NCBI RefSeq assembly: GCF_009914755.1
Contig: NC_060928.1
Direction: 5' to 3' (one strand)
Length of the DNA: 64,000 nt
DNA from: the human T2T-CHM13v2.0 reference genome, Homo sapiens
This document shows positions 1 to 13,075 of this stretch, in pieces (within the stretch, counting starts at the first letter, position 1; each line of letters starts with the position of its first letter). Both the position numbers and the translations under genes were made by a program. Below the pieces are notes generated by a model, which worked only from the letters and a program-made list of their open reading frames with translations, made no database searches and was not told the origin of the DNA.

Positions 1-1947
1 TTAGATGTGTTCTTTTCTGAATTGTGTGTTAGTCTGAACTGTTCTTTTACTGAACATAAAACTGGGGTGCACTATACTACCATTTAGATCAAACTACTTT
101 TTTTTACTTTTCACTTATAAAATTTTTTAATTACTTTTTATTTTTTTATAAACTGCAACCTTTAATTCACAAAACATGGGGCACTTAATCACTTTAAACT
201 TTAAAAAACCTTATCAAAGTAAATAGGTAACAGAAACAATAGTCGGGGGGAGGGTTATTTCTAAATTGGCCATGAGAAAATACTTACACTTCACCTTTAA
301 AATGAAGATGCAGCATTATGAAACTCTTGTAATATATTTTGCCCTCTTTATGATGAATGCTCTTTTTTTCTGGGAAGACCTGAACGGTCTTCCAAATTCA
401 TAAATATGCCTACAGTATAAGTCTTCCTTTACAAAACATCAATAAACTGGAACAATAATGGGATACTGAATTTACCCAAGACATTCAGTTTGGTACTTTC
501 CTAATCTCAAAAGAATCCAAATCATACAGGATTTGGATTAGGTTTTCATCCCAGATGAATCACCTCTTCGGAGAGTGCTCAGAAGAAACTGCTGCATACA
601 TCTTGAAATCAAAATTCTACCTTGGCATAATCCTGTCAAAGGATCTATGAAACCCAATTTCTTAACCTTTTCACTTTATCTCCTAGGCTTTCTAAATGTA
701 TTCCTTGTTGGTGCATGCACCGTAACTCTCATGTTATATAATGTTTCATGACACCCCCCACCCCACCAAAATGCCTTTTACTCCCCTCAGTCTAAATCAA
801 ATTCAGATTTTAAGGCCACCACGTTTATAGAAAGCAAGAATCATGTGTCTTGTCTATAGGCCCCTTTTCTCTATGTCAATGTGATCATCACATCACCTTT
901 AGTTTTCATCCTTCTGGTAGCTTCCTTTGGTACAACAGTAACTAGAACTTTATTTCCTCAACGTCTCTTGCCTTTGTCTTTCCTCACCGACGTCCCTTTT
1001 TAAATTCTGCATCAATACTACAGTTCCTGCCTAACCAAATCTCAGACATGTTGCCGCCTTGCAAGACCCAGTCTGCACAGCCCAAGTAGCCATTCCTCCT
1101 CAATGACTTCCATAATAATTCAGACTGCATAAATCACATCTTTCTCCTGCAGTATATAGACAGTATTAGCAATGTTATACAAGCAAGGATATTCAATCAA
1201 TTTAGCATTTATTTATATACTATTATTCTCCAGTAGTCCCATGTATCTTAATCTTGTCTCTGAGGTAGGATTATAAATTCCTTGTCATCAAGGCCTTTCA
1301 TTTTTATAAACCCTTTGGTGCCAGTGATAGTGGCTCAATAAACACTGACTGGAAGACTGACGACATTTTTTCAAATTATCCTAATACCCTTGCTCATATT
1401 CCTTATTTCCAAAAATATCACTTTACTTTTGTACTTACATGTCCATTCTTATAACTTGAATGATGCAATATACCCCAATTACATCTTGGGACAACGAAGA
1501 CAAGAAGGCACAGGCACCACTGAAGTCCTTTAGGAGCTTGGACATTTAACTATATCTGCTAGTGTGCAAATCCCCTGACATCCTGGATATTAGTGATGGT
1601 TTTGTTGCTCTTCAAATTCAAGGATAAGGATGCACAAGTTACCATCCTTCCAACAATGGAAACATTTTTCCTGGAAACAATTTTGCCAGATGCTGGTCGC
1701 ATTTAAAAACTCACTGGCTTAACTGAAGCATATAAAAACTGGATCACAATGAAATAATGCTGAATTAATCATTACTGAATGAAAACTTTTCCATATTAAA
1801 GAACCATTATTTACAAAAGTGATTCCTATTACAAGAAATGGAGAATCTAAGCACACTTGAAACATTTTTTGGTGTCTTAATCCAACAAGTATTCCAGATA
1901 TATAACAATCTTTTTATCAGCAATAACATGCATTTTCTCTACTTTAC

Positions 1948-2054
1948 CTTGTAATGGAAATTTTCATCTTCAAATTTTTCACCATAAATACTTTCTCCAC
2001 CTGTCCCATTCTGATTTGAGAAGTCTCCACCCTGAATCATAAATTTCTTAATAA
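1948..2054 (-). CDS. PPID: PPID coding exon 3 (107 nt; [36 protein letters not shown])
   Basis: Minus-strand acceptor ttttgtag and donor AAG|gtaaag. Cyclophilin signature [17 protein letters not shown]. Phase continues from exon 2. Exon 4 lies outside the window. Confidence 0.97.
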
Positions 2055-2571
2055 CTACAAAAAAGGAAAATGGCTATTAGTGACTGAGACATGGATGCCT
2101 TTAGCAATGCTTACTAATGGATACGTACGTAAGACAACTTTGTAGTGCATGACTCTAGTCATGTCTCTCTCCTGTTTGTCCCTCCCCACCCGTCTCCGCA
2201 ACTCCAAACGCTTCAGGCTTTTCACCATCTGAATCCAACCTATTTTCACTGCCTGATCCCTGCTAACATTCAGAAAATCGGTTCAAATGATACCTCCCCT
2301 ATAAAACTGTCACTGAAATCCCTAAGCTGTATGTCCTAATTTTTCTCCCATAGTATCTTGACTCTGCCTACATAACATATGGCATTATGATCTGCCCCTT
2401 CCAGCAATGATCTCCTTAAGTACACCAACTGTATTGTTTTACATCCTTATAACTATGTGCATGTACACATAGTACATATTAGTTACTCAATAATGTCTGC
2501 TGAATACAGACCAATGATTCCCAGTAGATTTGTTCTACCCTAATGGAAAATTTTCAGCAAATATATCACTT

Positions 2572-3068
2572 TGTGTCAAAGGTTACCAAGATTGCTTTCA
2601 TGTTCAGAGAACCCTAGAGCTCACACAAATCAGTATGTGGTTGGATCACAGTGGTAAGGATACACAGCGAGATGACGGGAAAGACACAGGCAGAGTCTGG
2701 AAAAATCCATGTGCAGGCTTCCTTATGCTTTCTCCGTCCCATGAAGTGCTACAGAACACACACCTCCCCCAGCAACAAAAATGCAGCAACATGTACACAG
2801 TATTTCTGCCCAGGAGAGCCAATTAGAGACTCAGCACCCAAGGTATTTATTGGGCACACTCTACCTAGCATGTACCAAAATTCCAGACTCCCCAAAAGAG
2901 AGCACACATTCATGTTTGTACAAATAGGCTAGGCATAGTAAATCACCATTACTATTTAGGAAATGGTACAAGTGTCAAGTTCCCAGACTCCAAACAAGTG
3001 CTACTCTTGCAGGCAGACCTTTCTAAAGATAGCAGTCTCACACTTGCTATGTTAAATATTTTCTGCAT
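2572..3068 (-). mobile_element. ERVL-type solo LTR (MER21C-like) in PPID intron 2
   Basis: Resembles MER21 (ccatgtgcaggcttccttatgc...gcagacctttctaaagatagcagtctc); recognised by eye. Confidence 0.65.
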
Positions 3069-3468
3069 ATAGTTTATTAGCATATTTCAAGTTTTTATTA
3101 AACATGAAAGTAAACATTTTAAATATTTTTTAAAAAGTTAATTTTTTCTTAATAAATCGTTTAAAAAATGTTGCTCTTGTGATTATTGCTTATTTGCCTA
3201 TTTATTAAACAAATACTTACTGAGTTCTTACTCAATAACTGTATTAGATGCCAAAAACAAAATGGTGAAAACATACAGTTCTTGAACTCATAGAGCCTGC
3301 AGTCTATTGGGAGAACCATTATCACTAAACAAAAGTATGATTCATTACAAAGTGTAATAAGCAGTATGAAATGGCATATTTTGACCACACTATCACCCAT
3401 GTGCCCAAAACACTGAATCTTCAAATCTGCTGCCTTCCCAAGCACTCAGGCCCAAAAATTATGCATAA

Positions 3469-3780
<312 letters not shown>

Positions 3781-4110
3781 CTATGCATAACTTTTTTGTC
3801 ACCAGGCAATGAAGCTACCTAAGGTTGGTTGACTACGGCCTTCCTTTCTCAATCAAATCATCTTAGAGTGAAGGAGAATGAGAGGATGGGTAAAGCTAGG
3901 GGAGTCCATTTCTCTATAGATAAACCTTAGTACCATAAGTAATTCCACCTCGCACAGCCTAACCTTTACGAAACTGCGTTACTGCCTCAGACATGGACGC
4001 TAATAGTACTTTTTAAGCTTCACTTCCTACTTAGTGTTTTCTTCCCCAAATCCTAAAGAACAGGACTTGTCTGTATGAAGAATAACAAGATTAAGAAAAT
4101 TTACACATAC

Positions 4111-4251
4111 TTCGATGAAAAGGGCATCCTTTGAAATGGAGAGGTTTCCCAGTCGTGTGTCCAATGCCTTTTTCTCCTGTACACAGTGCACGAAAATTTT
4201 CCGCAGTTTTGGGTACGATATCTGCAAACAATTCTAAGACAATTCGACCAA
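4111..4251 (-). CDS. PPID: PPID coding exon 2 (141 nt; [47 protein letters not shown])
   Basis: Acceptor ttcttttag, donor GAA|gtatgt; cyclophilin motif [16 protein letters not shown]. Confidence 0.98.
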
Positions 4252-4394
4252 CTAAAAGAAAAGAAAATCTTGTCAGTATGCAAAACAACCAAATAGACAA
4301 ATGATAAAAAGAAGGTTGGTATAATTATGGTAGCAGATCAATCATGAATTACCAAGTTCCCCTTTACTGTAATTTTTCTTTTTTGCAATTTCAA

Positions 4395-4850
4395 GAACAC
4401 AACACATTGCTACTAACTATAGTCATTATGTTATACAATAGATCTCTTAAATTTATTCCCCCTTTCTAACTGAAATTAGGTCTCTCGTGATCAACATCTA
4501 CCCAACCCCTGAAATCCACCATTCCATTCTCTACTTCAAGGTCAACTTTTTAGAAACCACATGTAAGTGAGATCATGCCTTGTCTTCCTGTGCCCAGCTT
4601 ATTTCATGTAACATAATGTCCTCCATATTAATTCATGTTGTCAGAAGTGACAAGATTTCATTATTTTTTATGGGTGAATAGTACTCCACTGTGCACATAT
4701 ATCAAATTTTAAAAAAAATCCATCTGTAGATGGAAACCTAGTTTGATTCCATTATCTTGGCTATCATGAATAATGCTGCAATGAACATGGGAGTGCAGAT
4801 ACCTCTTTGACATACAAACTTCATTTCCTTTGAATATACTCACTAGAATT
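4395..4850 (-). mobile_element. L1M 3' end fragment
   Basis: Reverse complement of typical L1 3'UTR motifs (gtgagatcatgc, gctgcaatgaacatgggagtgcagatacctct). Confidence 0.8.
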
Positions 4851-5745
4851 AGTGAATCTTATTTTATTCTAATATTCAAATTTAGTCTACCTACTGTCAT
4901 GTATGTATATAAACAGATTTGAAACATTACACTAAGGATCATAACCAATTATAGTAGCCAAAAGATTAGCACCATGTAAGAGATATCATTAAATACAAAT
5001 AGTTTTAAATCCTGAGTAATTTCTTCAAGAGGTACTGAGAATTTCCAATCACCAAGCAACCAACGGGAGAAAATTAAACAGTCTTTGGGTGGGCGGACTT
5101 GCCACGTGTTACGTATACCTGCAGCCTTTGTGCTCTGAGCAAACTGCCTCATGCAACCTCTGAAGCAAAAGCTGTAAAAATTCCTCCTCTAGATAGCAGC
5201 TAAGACAGGTGAGATTAAACCTAGCCCTAGCTAGTTGCAACAAACTGAATGTACGTGTAAACGTGTGTGTGTCCTGTACATGCATTCAAACACATTGCCT
5301 GGCCAGCAATTCCAACGTGTTCCAGAACAAGGCCAATCCAGTTACAAAGCAACACGCTCCCTAATTCACCAGGCCTTAGGAACTTCTGAGCGGCTATGTA
5401 ACCTAGGCAACACCATCACTACGTTGAGCGCATTTTCCCAATGGCAAATTAAGAGAAAATGTTTGCTCATCTGAACGGACCTCTAAATTAAGAATCAGTA
5501 ATAAGGCAAAAGCAATGAGCAAACAAGTCCCTTTAACGTATAAATAACACAGCACGTGCTGATATATTATCTCATGTGGCAAATATAGTTTCCTGGGGCC
5601 CAGCAGACGCATATCCCAGGATATGCTTTCCGAACTGTCCCATTGCAAACATAAAATATTTCATGCTAACTTGGTAGTGCAAAGGTGGCGTGGAAGTGCC
5701 ACCAAATCAGGAGGCAAACCTAAAGGACGCCACAATTCCCGAACT

Positions 5746-5765
5746 AGAAATTTCCAGAAACTTCC
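5746..5765. promoter_or_regulatory. Perfect 4-pentamer heat-shock element (aGAAatTTCcaGAAacTTCc) in PPID intron 1
   Basis: Exact nGAAn inverted-repeat array read from the sequence. Confidence 0.75.
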
Positions 5766-5971
5766 GCACCACCGATGGCATTGATACAAGGGCGCTGGAT
5801 CGATCTAGCCCTAGATCTCCGGGCCTGCTCCGGCGGACCAGCCTAGGCAGCCATCCCCTCCGCGAAACTGAGCAGTCACCGGCCGGAGCCGCATTCCGCC
5901 CTTGGAATCCCCCAAATCCCGGGAACCCCCGCCTCCTCGGGGCTTTTCCGCGAGCGTCAGACTCCGCTCAC

Positions 5972-6056
5972 CTCGCTCCCCTCCGATGTCCACGTCAAAG
6001 AAGACTCGAGGGTTACTGGGGTTGGAGGGCTTGGCTTGGGGGGACGGGTGCGACAT
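5972..6056 (-). CDS. PPID: PPID coding exon 1 (85 nt; MSHPSPQAKPSNPSNPRVFFDVDIGGER), peptidyl-prolyl isomerase D / cyclophilin-40
   Basis: ATG at 6056, donor GAG|gtgagc; recognised Cyp40 N-terminus. Exons 1-3 total 333 nt in frame. Confidence 0.98.
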
Positions 6057-6632
6057 CTTGACTTGCAGACGTGTTTAGTACGGAATATCAGAGTACCTAG
6101 TGGCCGCCCCGGCCGCTCAAACTCCAGAGTCCGTCTCCGCCGGAGACCGGCAGCGACGCTGACCGGCCACTTCCGACGCAAGAACCGGAAGCCATGGCCT
6201 GACTTCCGGCACCGCCCCGCTCCCCCGCGCGGTGTTTCAAAGAGCCTGAGCGACTCCGTGCAGCGAACCGCGTGCCCTCCGCCACCTGTTCCTGGCTTCT
6301 CATTTAATGAAGTTGCGATCCCAGTTCTCATTATTCTTCTCGCTTGTGTTTCGTTGTCTTTCCCACCCTCGTGGCGTAGAGAGCTTTGGAGTCAACCCCA
6401 TGCCAGCGTCAGCTCTGCCACCAAGTTGGGTGTGACTTCTCAGAAACTCAGTTTGCTCCTCTGGAAAAAGAATAAAAACGCTGACCTCGGAAGGTCGTTT
6501 TGAGGATTAAAGACATGAATCAGTACAATGCCTGGCATAAACTGGTGGTACCCAACCAATAGGAGCCTTATTATTGCCATGTCGTTACAATTTGATCTTC
6601 ACATTACAATGTAAGTGGTAAGGCTTAGACTA

Positions 6633-7157
<525 letters not shown>

Positions 7158-8007
7158 CTAATTTTGGAGAAGAGTGGCAATTCCCTGTGTAGATGCTTTG
7201 CCCTGTAGTTCTATTGGAGCTCAGCAATTTGGATTCAGCCTGAGGCTTACTTTATCAATAAGGCAGGAGATATCCTTAGATGCTTCACATTTTTTTTTCT
7301 TATGAGAAAGTAAAAAGTATTGGAATCCAGCACTCAAATAATGTCTCAAAAGCCAGGAGCCTTGTGTCAACAGCAGCAGCCAGAGTGGCTTTTTGGAAGG
7401 AAAGACCAGTGCTAATTTTCCCCTATCAGAGCTGTCACCATCCCTCTAGATGAAGGCTCCTGCCCTACTTGCTACCCGGTCTTAGGATAAGTAAAAGTTA
7501 GAAGGGTTACGGTTAAAGAACAACTGATTCCTATTCTCAATTTGAATTTGCCTGTGATGTTATACACTGGACTAAGCACGAAAGTTGATGTTAAAAAAGA
7601 AAAAAAAAAAAGCAAAAGCTTCAAGTTCTGACTACCTGTATACTAGGCATGTTACCAAAGAAAAGTCATTTAATTTCTCTGAACCCTTCTCATTTCCTTT
7701 TCGGTAAAGTGCCAAAGAACAGGGTATGAGAATGGAAAAAGATAATGTGTAAGCATTTGCCTTGTAATCTCTAAAGCATTCTTATACACTCTTTTTTAAA
7801 TTACTGAAAATTAGATGCTATAGTGCCTGAAGTTGTTTTAAAATAACCTGGAGTCAGGTAAGTGGGTTGGGTTGTGGATGAAACATAAGGGCCAGGCAGA
7901 TGATTGGTGCATGGGAGTTTATTATACTACTCTTCTTTATTTTGCACATTTAAATTTTTTCATAATATTTTAAAAAGTAAAAGAGAAATTACATGTATTA
8001 CTAGCTA

Positions 8008-8188
<181 letters not shown>

Positions 8189-8480
8189 CCAATTTATAGA
8201 GTCGTTTTTAATTAAAATACCAACATACCTTTTGTGAAAAAATAAATAATAGGTGTCGGTGAAATTTTAGGACAAATCAGTAAGGATATTATATTGATTG
8301 AATTTTTCTGTGTAATCACAAATTTGCCTTATTAACAAAATGCATACATACATAGGCATGTCCACATAGATACTCAGCAAAAGTTGATTCAATTATATGA
8401 CAAATATTTAGCTCTTACTGTATGCCAGCCTCCATTCTGAGTGCTGATGATACAATGATGAAAAAACATATTCCTTATCC

Positions 8481-9115
8481 TTTTTTTTTTTTTTTTTTTT
8501 TTTTTTGAGACAGGGTCTTGTGCTATCACCCAGGCTGGAGTGCAGTGGTGCAATCACAGCTCACAGTAGCCTCAACCTCCTGGACCCAAGTGATCTTCCC
8601 ACCTCAGCCTCTTGAGTAGCTGGGACTACAGGCACATGCCGCCATGCCCAGGTAATTTTTTTTTTTAATTTTTAAGTGTAATTCAAAATGATTTCCTATC
8701 AGATTTCCTTGCTGATCCTTTCAAATTCCAGCACATTAAAGTTAATACAAAATGTTAATTTCTTATGTTCTCCAATTCCTGGTGTTTATTCATGGTATTT
8801 ATTCATGGTGGTTCCCTGAAGATCCAGGACGGCTCAGAACAAAACTCCTGTGTCTCTTGATAAACAAGAGCATCAAAATCATTCATTAATCCAGTCTCAT
8901 GTCTGGGCTGCAAACTGATAACTTATATTTTGTCTCATATATATCACAATAAGTTCACATTAACATTTTTATTCTGATCTACTAGCTTAAATTTAACATT
9001 TTAGTAGAGATGGGGTTTCGCCATGTTGCCCAGGCTGGTCTTGAACTCCTGGGTTCAAGCAATCTGCCCACCTTGGCCTCCAAAAGCATTGCAGGCATGA
9101 GCCACCACGCCTGGC
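8481..9115 (-). mobile_element. AluJ-type element interrupted at its middle linker by a 333-bp non-Alu insert (8671-9003)
   Basis: Right arm 8481-8670, left arm 9004-9115; TSD ccttatcc on both sides. Confidence 0.92.
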
Positions 9116-9469
9116 CCCTTATCCTTAACTACACAAATTATACAGTCTTATGGGGGAGAAAGACTATTGAATAAACCTCTACAATGCAATATAATTAGTG
9201 TTTTAATAGGAAAAAGACAATCACATTCAGCACACAGCAGGGGCACTGAACACAGTAGCCTTTTCTAAGGTCAGAAATATGAGTAAGATCAGTCACAGGA
9301 GCATATGTGGCAAGGAAGACAGGTAAGGAGGGAACAGGTAAAGAGCATCTTCAAAGGAGGGGAACTATATATACTTATAAAGTGAAAATGGGCAACGAGA
9401 ATGTTATTTCTCCATGAGAAGCCAGTTTTTTAGATAGTGCTGCTACTTCAGGTGGGTGTGGACCACTTG

Positions 9470-9857
9470 TGTATTAGTCCATTTTTCACACTGCTATAAA
9501 GGAATACCCGAGACTGTGTAATTCATAAAGGAAAGAGGTTTAATTGACTCACAGTTCCACATGACTAAGGAGGCCTCAGGAAACTTACAATCATGGCAGA
9601 AGGTGAAGGGGAAGCACACTTGGACCTTCCCACGTGGTGGCACGAGATAGAAGAGTGAGGAGCGAAGGGGAACAACCTCTTATAAAACCATCAGATCGCA
9701 TGAGAACTCACTCACTATCACAAGAACAGCATGGGGGAAACCACCTCCATGATCCGATCTCCCTAGACACCTGGAGTCTCTCCCTAGACACATGGGGATT
9801 ATGGGGATTACAGTTCAAGATGAGATTTGGGTTGGGACCCGAAGCCTAACCATATCA
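9470..9857 (-). mobile_element. MaLR solo LTR (MSTA/MSTB-like)
   Basis: Termini tgtattagtcc...aaccatatca; internal motifs gaggtttaattgactcacagttcc. Confidence 0.88.
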
Positions 9858-10325
9858 ACTGGTTTCAATGTTGAAATCAGAAGTCATGCTTTGGTTTGTA
9901 TTTTTGTCCAGCTCCTTCAGATTGAGTTTTCAAAATGAGTAACAGTTTTATAACCTAGCCCATTTTATCCCTGAAATAGAAAGGAAAAAGAACACTAAGA
10001 GGAGCAAACTCAAAGATACCCCTAATTTACCTTTCCATAGCACTTATAACTTTGTAATATACTGTTTACTTACTTATTTCACATACTCATTAAAAATCAG
10101 CTCCTTGGGAATGATAGATAGTAAGAGGAGTTTAAAAAAACAAAATTTAGCTCCACAAGGACAAGAACCTTTGTTTTTTTCATTACTCTATCCCCAGCAC
10201 TTCTAACAGTGCCTGATACATAGTAGGTGCTCAGTAAATATTTTTGAATGAATGAATTATACAAAATACTAATGGCTTTGAGAATTTTATGAAACAATGT
10301 TAACAAGAAATTTTATTTCCATGCC

Positions 10326-10654
10326 TTTAAGTGTAATTCAAAATGATTCTGTGTATCAGATTTTCATGCTGATCCTTCCAAATTCCAGCACATTAACATA
10401 AATATAAAATGTTAATTTCTTATGTTCTCCAATTCCTGGTGTTTATTCACGGTATTTATTCATGGTGGTTCCCTGAAGACCCAGGAAGGCTCAGAACAAA
10501 ACTTCTGTATCCCTTGATAAACTAGAGCATCAAAATCATTCACTAATCCAGTTTCATGTCTTGGCTGCAAACTGGTAACTTTGTCTCACATATATCACAA
10601 TAAGTTCACATTAACATTTTTATTCTGATCTACTAGCTTAAATTTAACATTTTA
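10326..10654 (+). repeat. Source copy of the local duplication inserted at 8671-9003
   Basis: Co-linear direct repeat, roughly 90% identical by eye. Confidence 0.95.
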
Positions 10655-10739
10655 TTACAAGAATTGACACCCATATGCCATAGCCTCTCAACCATTATTA
10701 TCATGATGAATATACTTAGGTAGGCATATCTTCTCTGCC

Positions 10740-10960
10740 ATCAGAATTCTGGGGTTCACATTCAGTCTGTAACACATCATATTTTGTGCCTTTGGACGAG
10801 TTACTTAGCCTCTTTGTGCCTCACTTTCCTCACCTATAAATCAGAATAATAATATGTATCTCCTAAGGTTATTATGAAGATTAAATGAAAAATATTAAAT
10901 AAAAGTGTTTTAGTATCTGACACACAGTAAGTACTCAATAAGGGTAAGCAATTACTAACC
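10740..10960 (+). mobile_element. MIR
   Basis: MIR core: ttacttagcctctttgtgcctcactttcctcacctataaa. Confidence 0.75.
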
Positions 10961-11790
10961 ATAAGTAGCTAATACTTCATTATAATAGTTACATCAACAT
11001 ATTTCAAAATGGATATTAAAACTGCAAAGGAGTTTTGAGGATTCCTTTGCATTCTTACAAGGAAAAAAAAGTGACTCTTTCTGCTCTACTGGTTTCTGGG
11101 TGTAAAAGATTAATTCAGATGTTACTCTCACTATGTCTAGGTTTTTCACAGTAAAGCAACAGCTTTATATAAACTGTCATATTCCTAGAACCAAACCAAA
11201 TAAAAGAATTGTACCTTTCAAAACCACTCAGAACTGGATCTCCAGTGAAAAGATAAACCTTTTCCTAGAAAACACTTGTTCTACTGTCAGTCTGATTACA
11301 TGGAACAGGACTTCTGAGTTCTGACATCTTGTCTGTGCTTAGCAAGGAAAAGAGCAGAAGAGGCAAAAGCATGCCCCGTTTCTTAGGGTTAACACAGTTT
11401 CATCCAGATGGAGTGGGGAGTTTTCCTGATAGCCTTGTTGTTATAATTTCTGCCTGTTGCTCATAAATGTGGTAGAATAATATTAATAGATTGCCTTCCT
11501 CCCCAATATTCTCTTTTCTCAATCTCATTGCCCATCACCCCAAACAAGCAGCTAGGCATTCTGTGCTCTTTGCTTTTAAAGAAAGAAGTGACAGCAAAGA
11601 AAGCAGAGGGAACAAAGGGAATCTCTTCCTGTCTTTGGTGTTGCAAAAGGCTTGGCTTTACAGAAACAGATAAGACTCTTGGCTATAGCAAAAGATTTGG
11701 ACAAAACATCTTTTATAAGATCATGGCTTTCCATTCTCAGAAAAAAAATCAAACAAAAAACCCACTTTCTGTGTTGGGAGATGACAAGAT

Positions 11791-12460
11791 TGTGGATGGT
11801 GCACAGGGGAAAGTGAGAGAGGAGGCAATGGCAAGGCAGATTTCCACAGTCCCAGAGACAGGGAGTCTTACCATGGTCCCCGTCACATACCTGGGAAGCC
11901 ACCAAACCTCCATAGATGGGTTTGTGAAATCCAGGAGCAGAGGGACGTGTTCCTTGATTCCTGAACTGTCCCAGGAAGGCAACAGGCCCCAGAAAGAGAA
12001 CAAGATTCATGGTGTGATTAGGTAGATGGGAACTAGACAGGGTCACAGAGATTTTGTATGCCCTAACTTGAAGTGGAAACAAAACAATATCCCTGTACAC
12101 CCATGTATGACGTGGAAAAGAAAGGCAGCCTCCACATTTAAAGGGAGCCTGCAGAAGGGAACTCTGAACTCATTAGAGATTTGTAGAACTGATAACTGAG
12201 TTAGGATCGTGAATTTCTCACTGGATGCCTGTGTAGGCAGATCACATTGAGAACCAGAGGCTCCAAACCCCCAAATTTGCTGTTATATTAGGCTTTTTTG
12301 AATTCAGATCCAACCCCAAGGGAGAGAAAGGAGGAATACCAGAAATAGACACGGATTATGATATTACCAGCCCTTTAAAATAGGCAATTCAGAATTGAAT
12401 TTCGGCGGAGTTATAGAAAAATAAAGTTGTATTTCATACAGATCTAACTTTATTCCTTTA
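11791..12460 (+). mobile_element. Probable ancient LTR (mammalian Gypsy/ERVL-like)
   Basis: Starts TGT; 3' end resembles old LTRs (gaattgaatttc...aaaataaagttgtatttc...CA). No TSD found. Confidence 0.4.
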
Positions 12461-12498
12461 CATGGGCATAGGTTGTAGATCACTGAGGTCCTTACTAG

Positions 12499-13075
12499 GA
12501 TCCTGGACAAATTTGAAGTAACATCCAACCTCTTTGTCAAAGATAAGAAATTAGGAAGGATAGCAGAGTTAGAAGAGGAAATTTCAGGATCCTGTCTGTA
12601 GAATCAGACTCTGAAACCAAAGATAGAACTCCAAAGAACAGTTTAGCATGTAACTCCTTAAAGAGGAGACGAATTCTGCCTAGGAAGCACTGGTGTTGAT
12701 GAGACAGTAACATGTGGGAGAGTTTCCTAACCAAGAATTTCTGCTCTGAACCACATAGAGAAAGTGATGCTTCCACTACAAGAGTCATAATTACAGATCA
12801 GAATGAGATAGCAACTCTCAGGTTTTGCCTGCTAAATTTACGAGTATCTAAGGATAACTGTAGGTCTTCTGAGCCAGAACATTGAATAAATGAAAGACGG
12901 CAAATGCCACCAGGGGACAGCAGAGTCTCCACCACTGGCAGAAATCATCGCACAGACAGAAGTGGTGCAGTGGACTTAGTGCCTGAGGACTCCCAACGGG
13001 ACAAGCTTCTTCATCTAGGGGCTGGAAGTGACATGGCAAAAAAGGATATTGATTATTAGTTCACAATAGCACCAG
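12499..13075 (+). pseudogene. Candidate decayed coding exon (577 nt, single frame with 6 in-frame stops)
   Basis: cttactag| acceptor and CAG|gtagac donor; repeat-free; Ser/Arg/Asp-rich translation. No homology recognised. Confidence 0.35.

Larger units (their letters stand above)
5690..6380 (-). promoter_or_regulatory. PPID: PPID CpG island / TATA-less promoter with three ETS (GABP-type) CCGGAAG/CTTCCG sites at 6168-6210 and a GC box
   Basis: High CpG density around exon 1; motifs cacttccg, accggaag, gacttccgg, ccgcccc. Confidence 0.9.

Noticed and set aside
6036-6503. 155-aa plus-strand ORF antisense to the PPID 5' end, and other ORFs at 5690-6331
   Set aside because: Non-ATG starts in a stop-poor CpG island; no splice or homology support.
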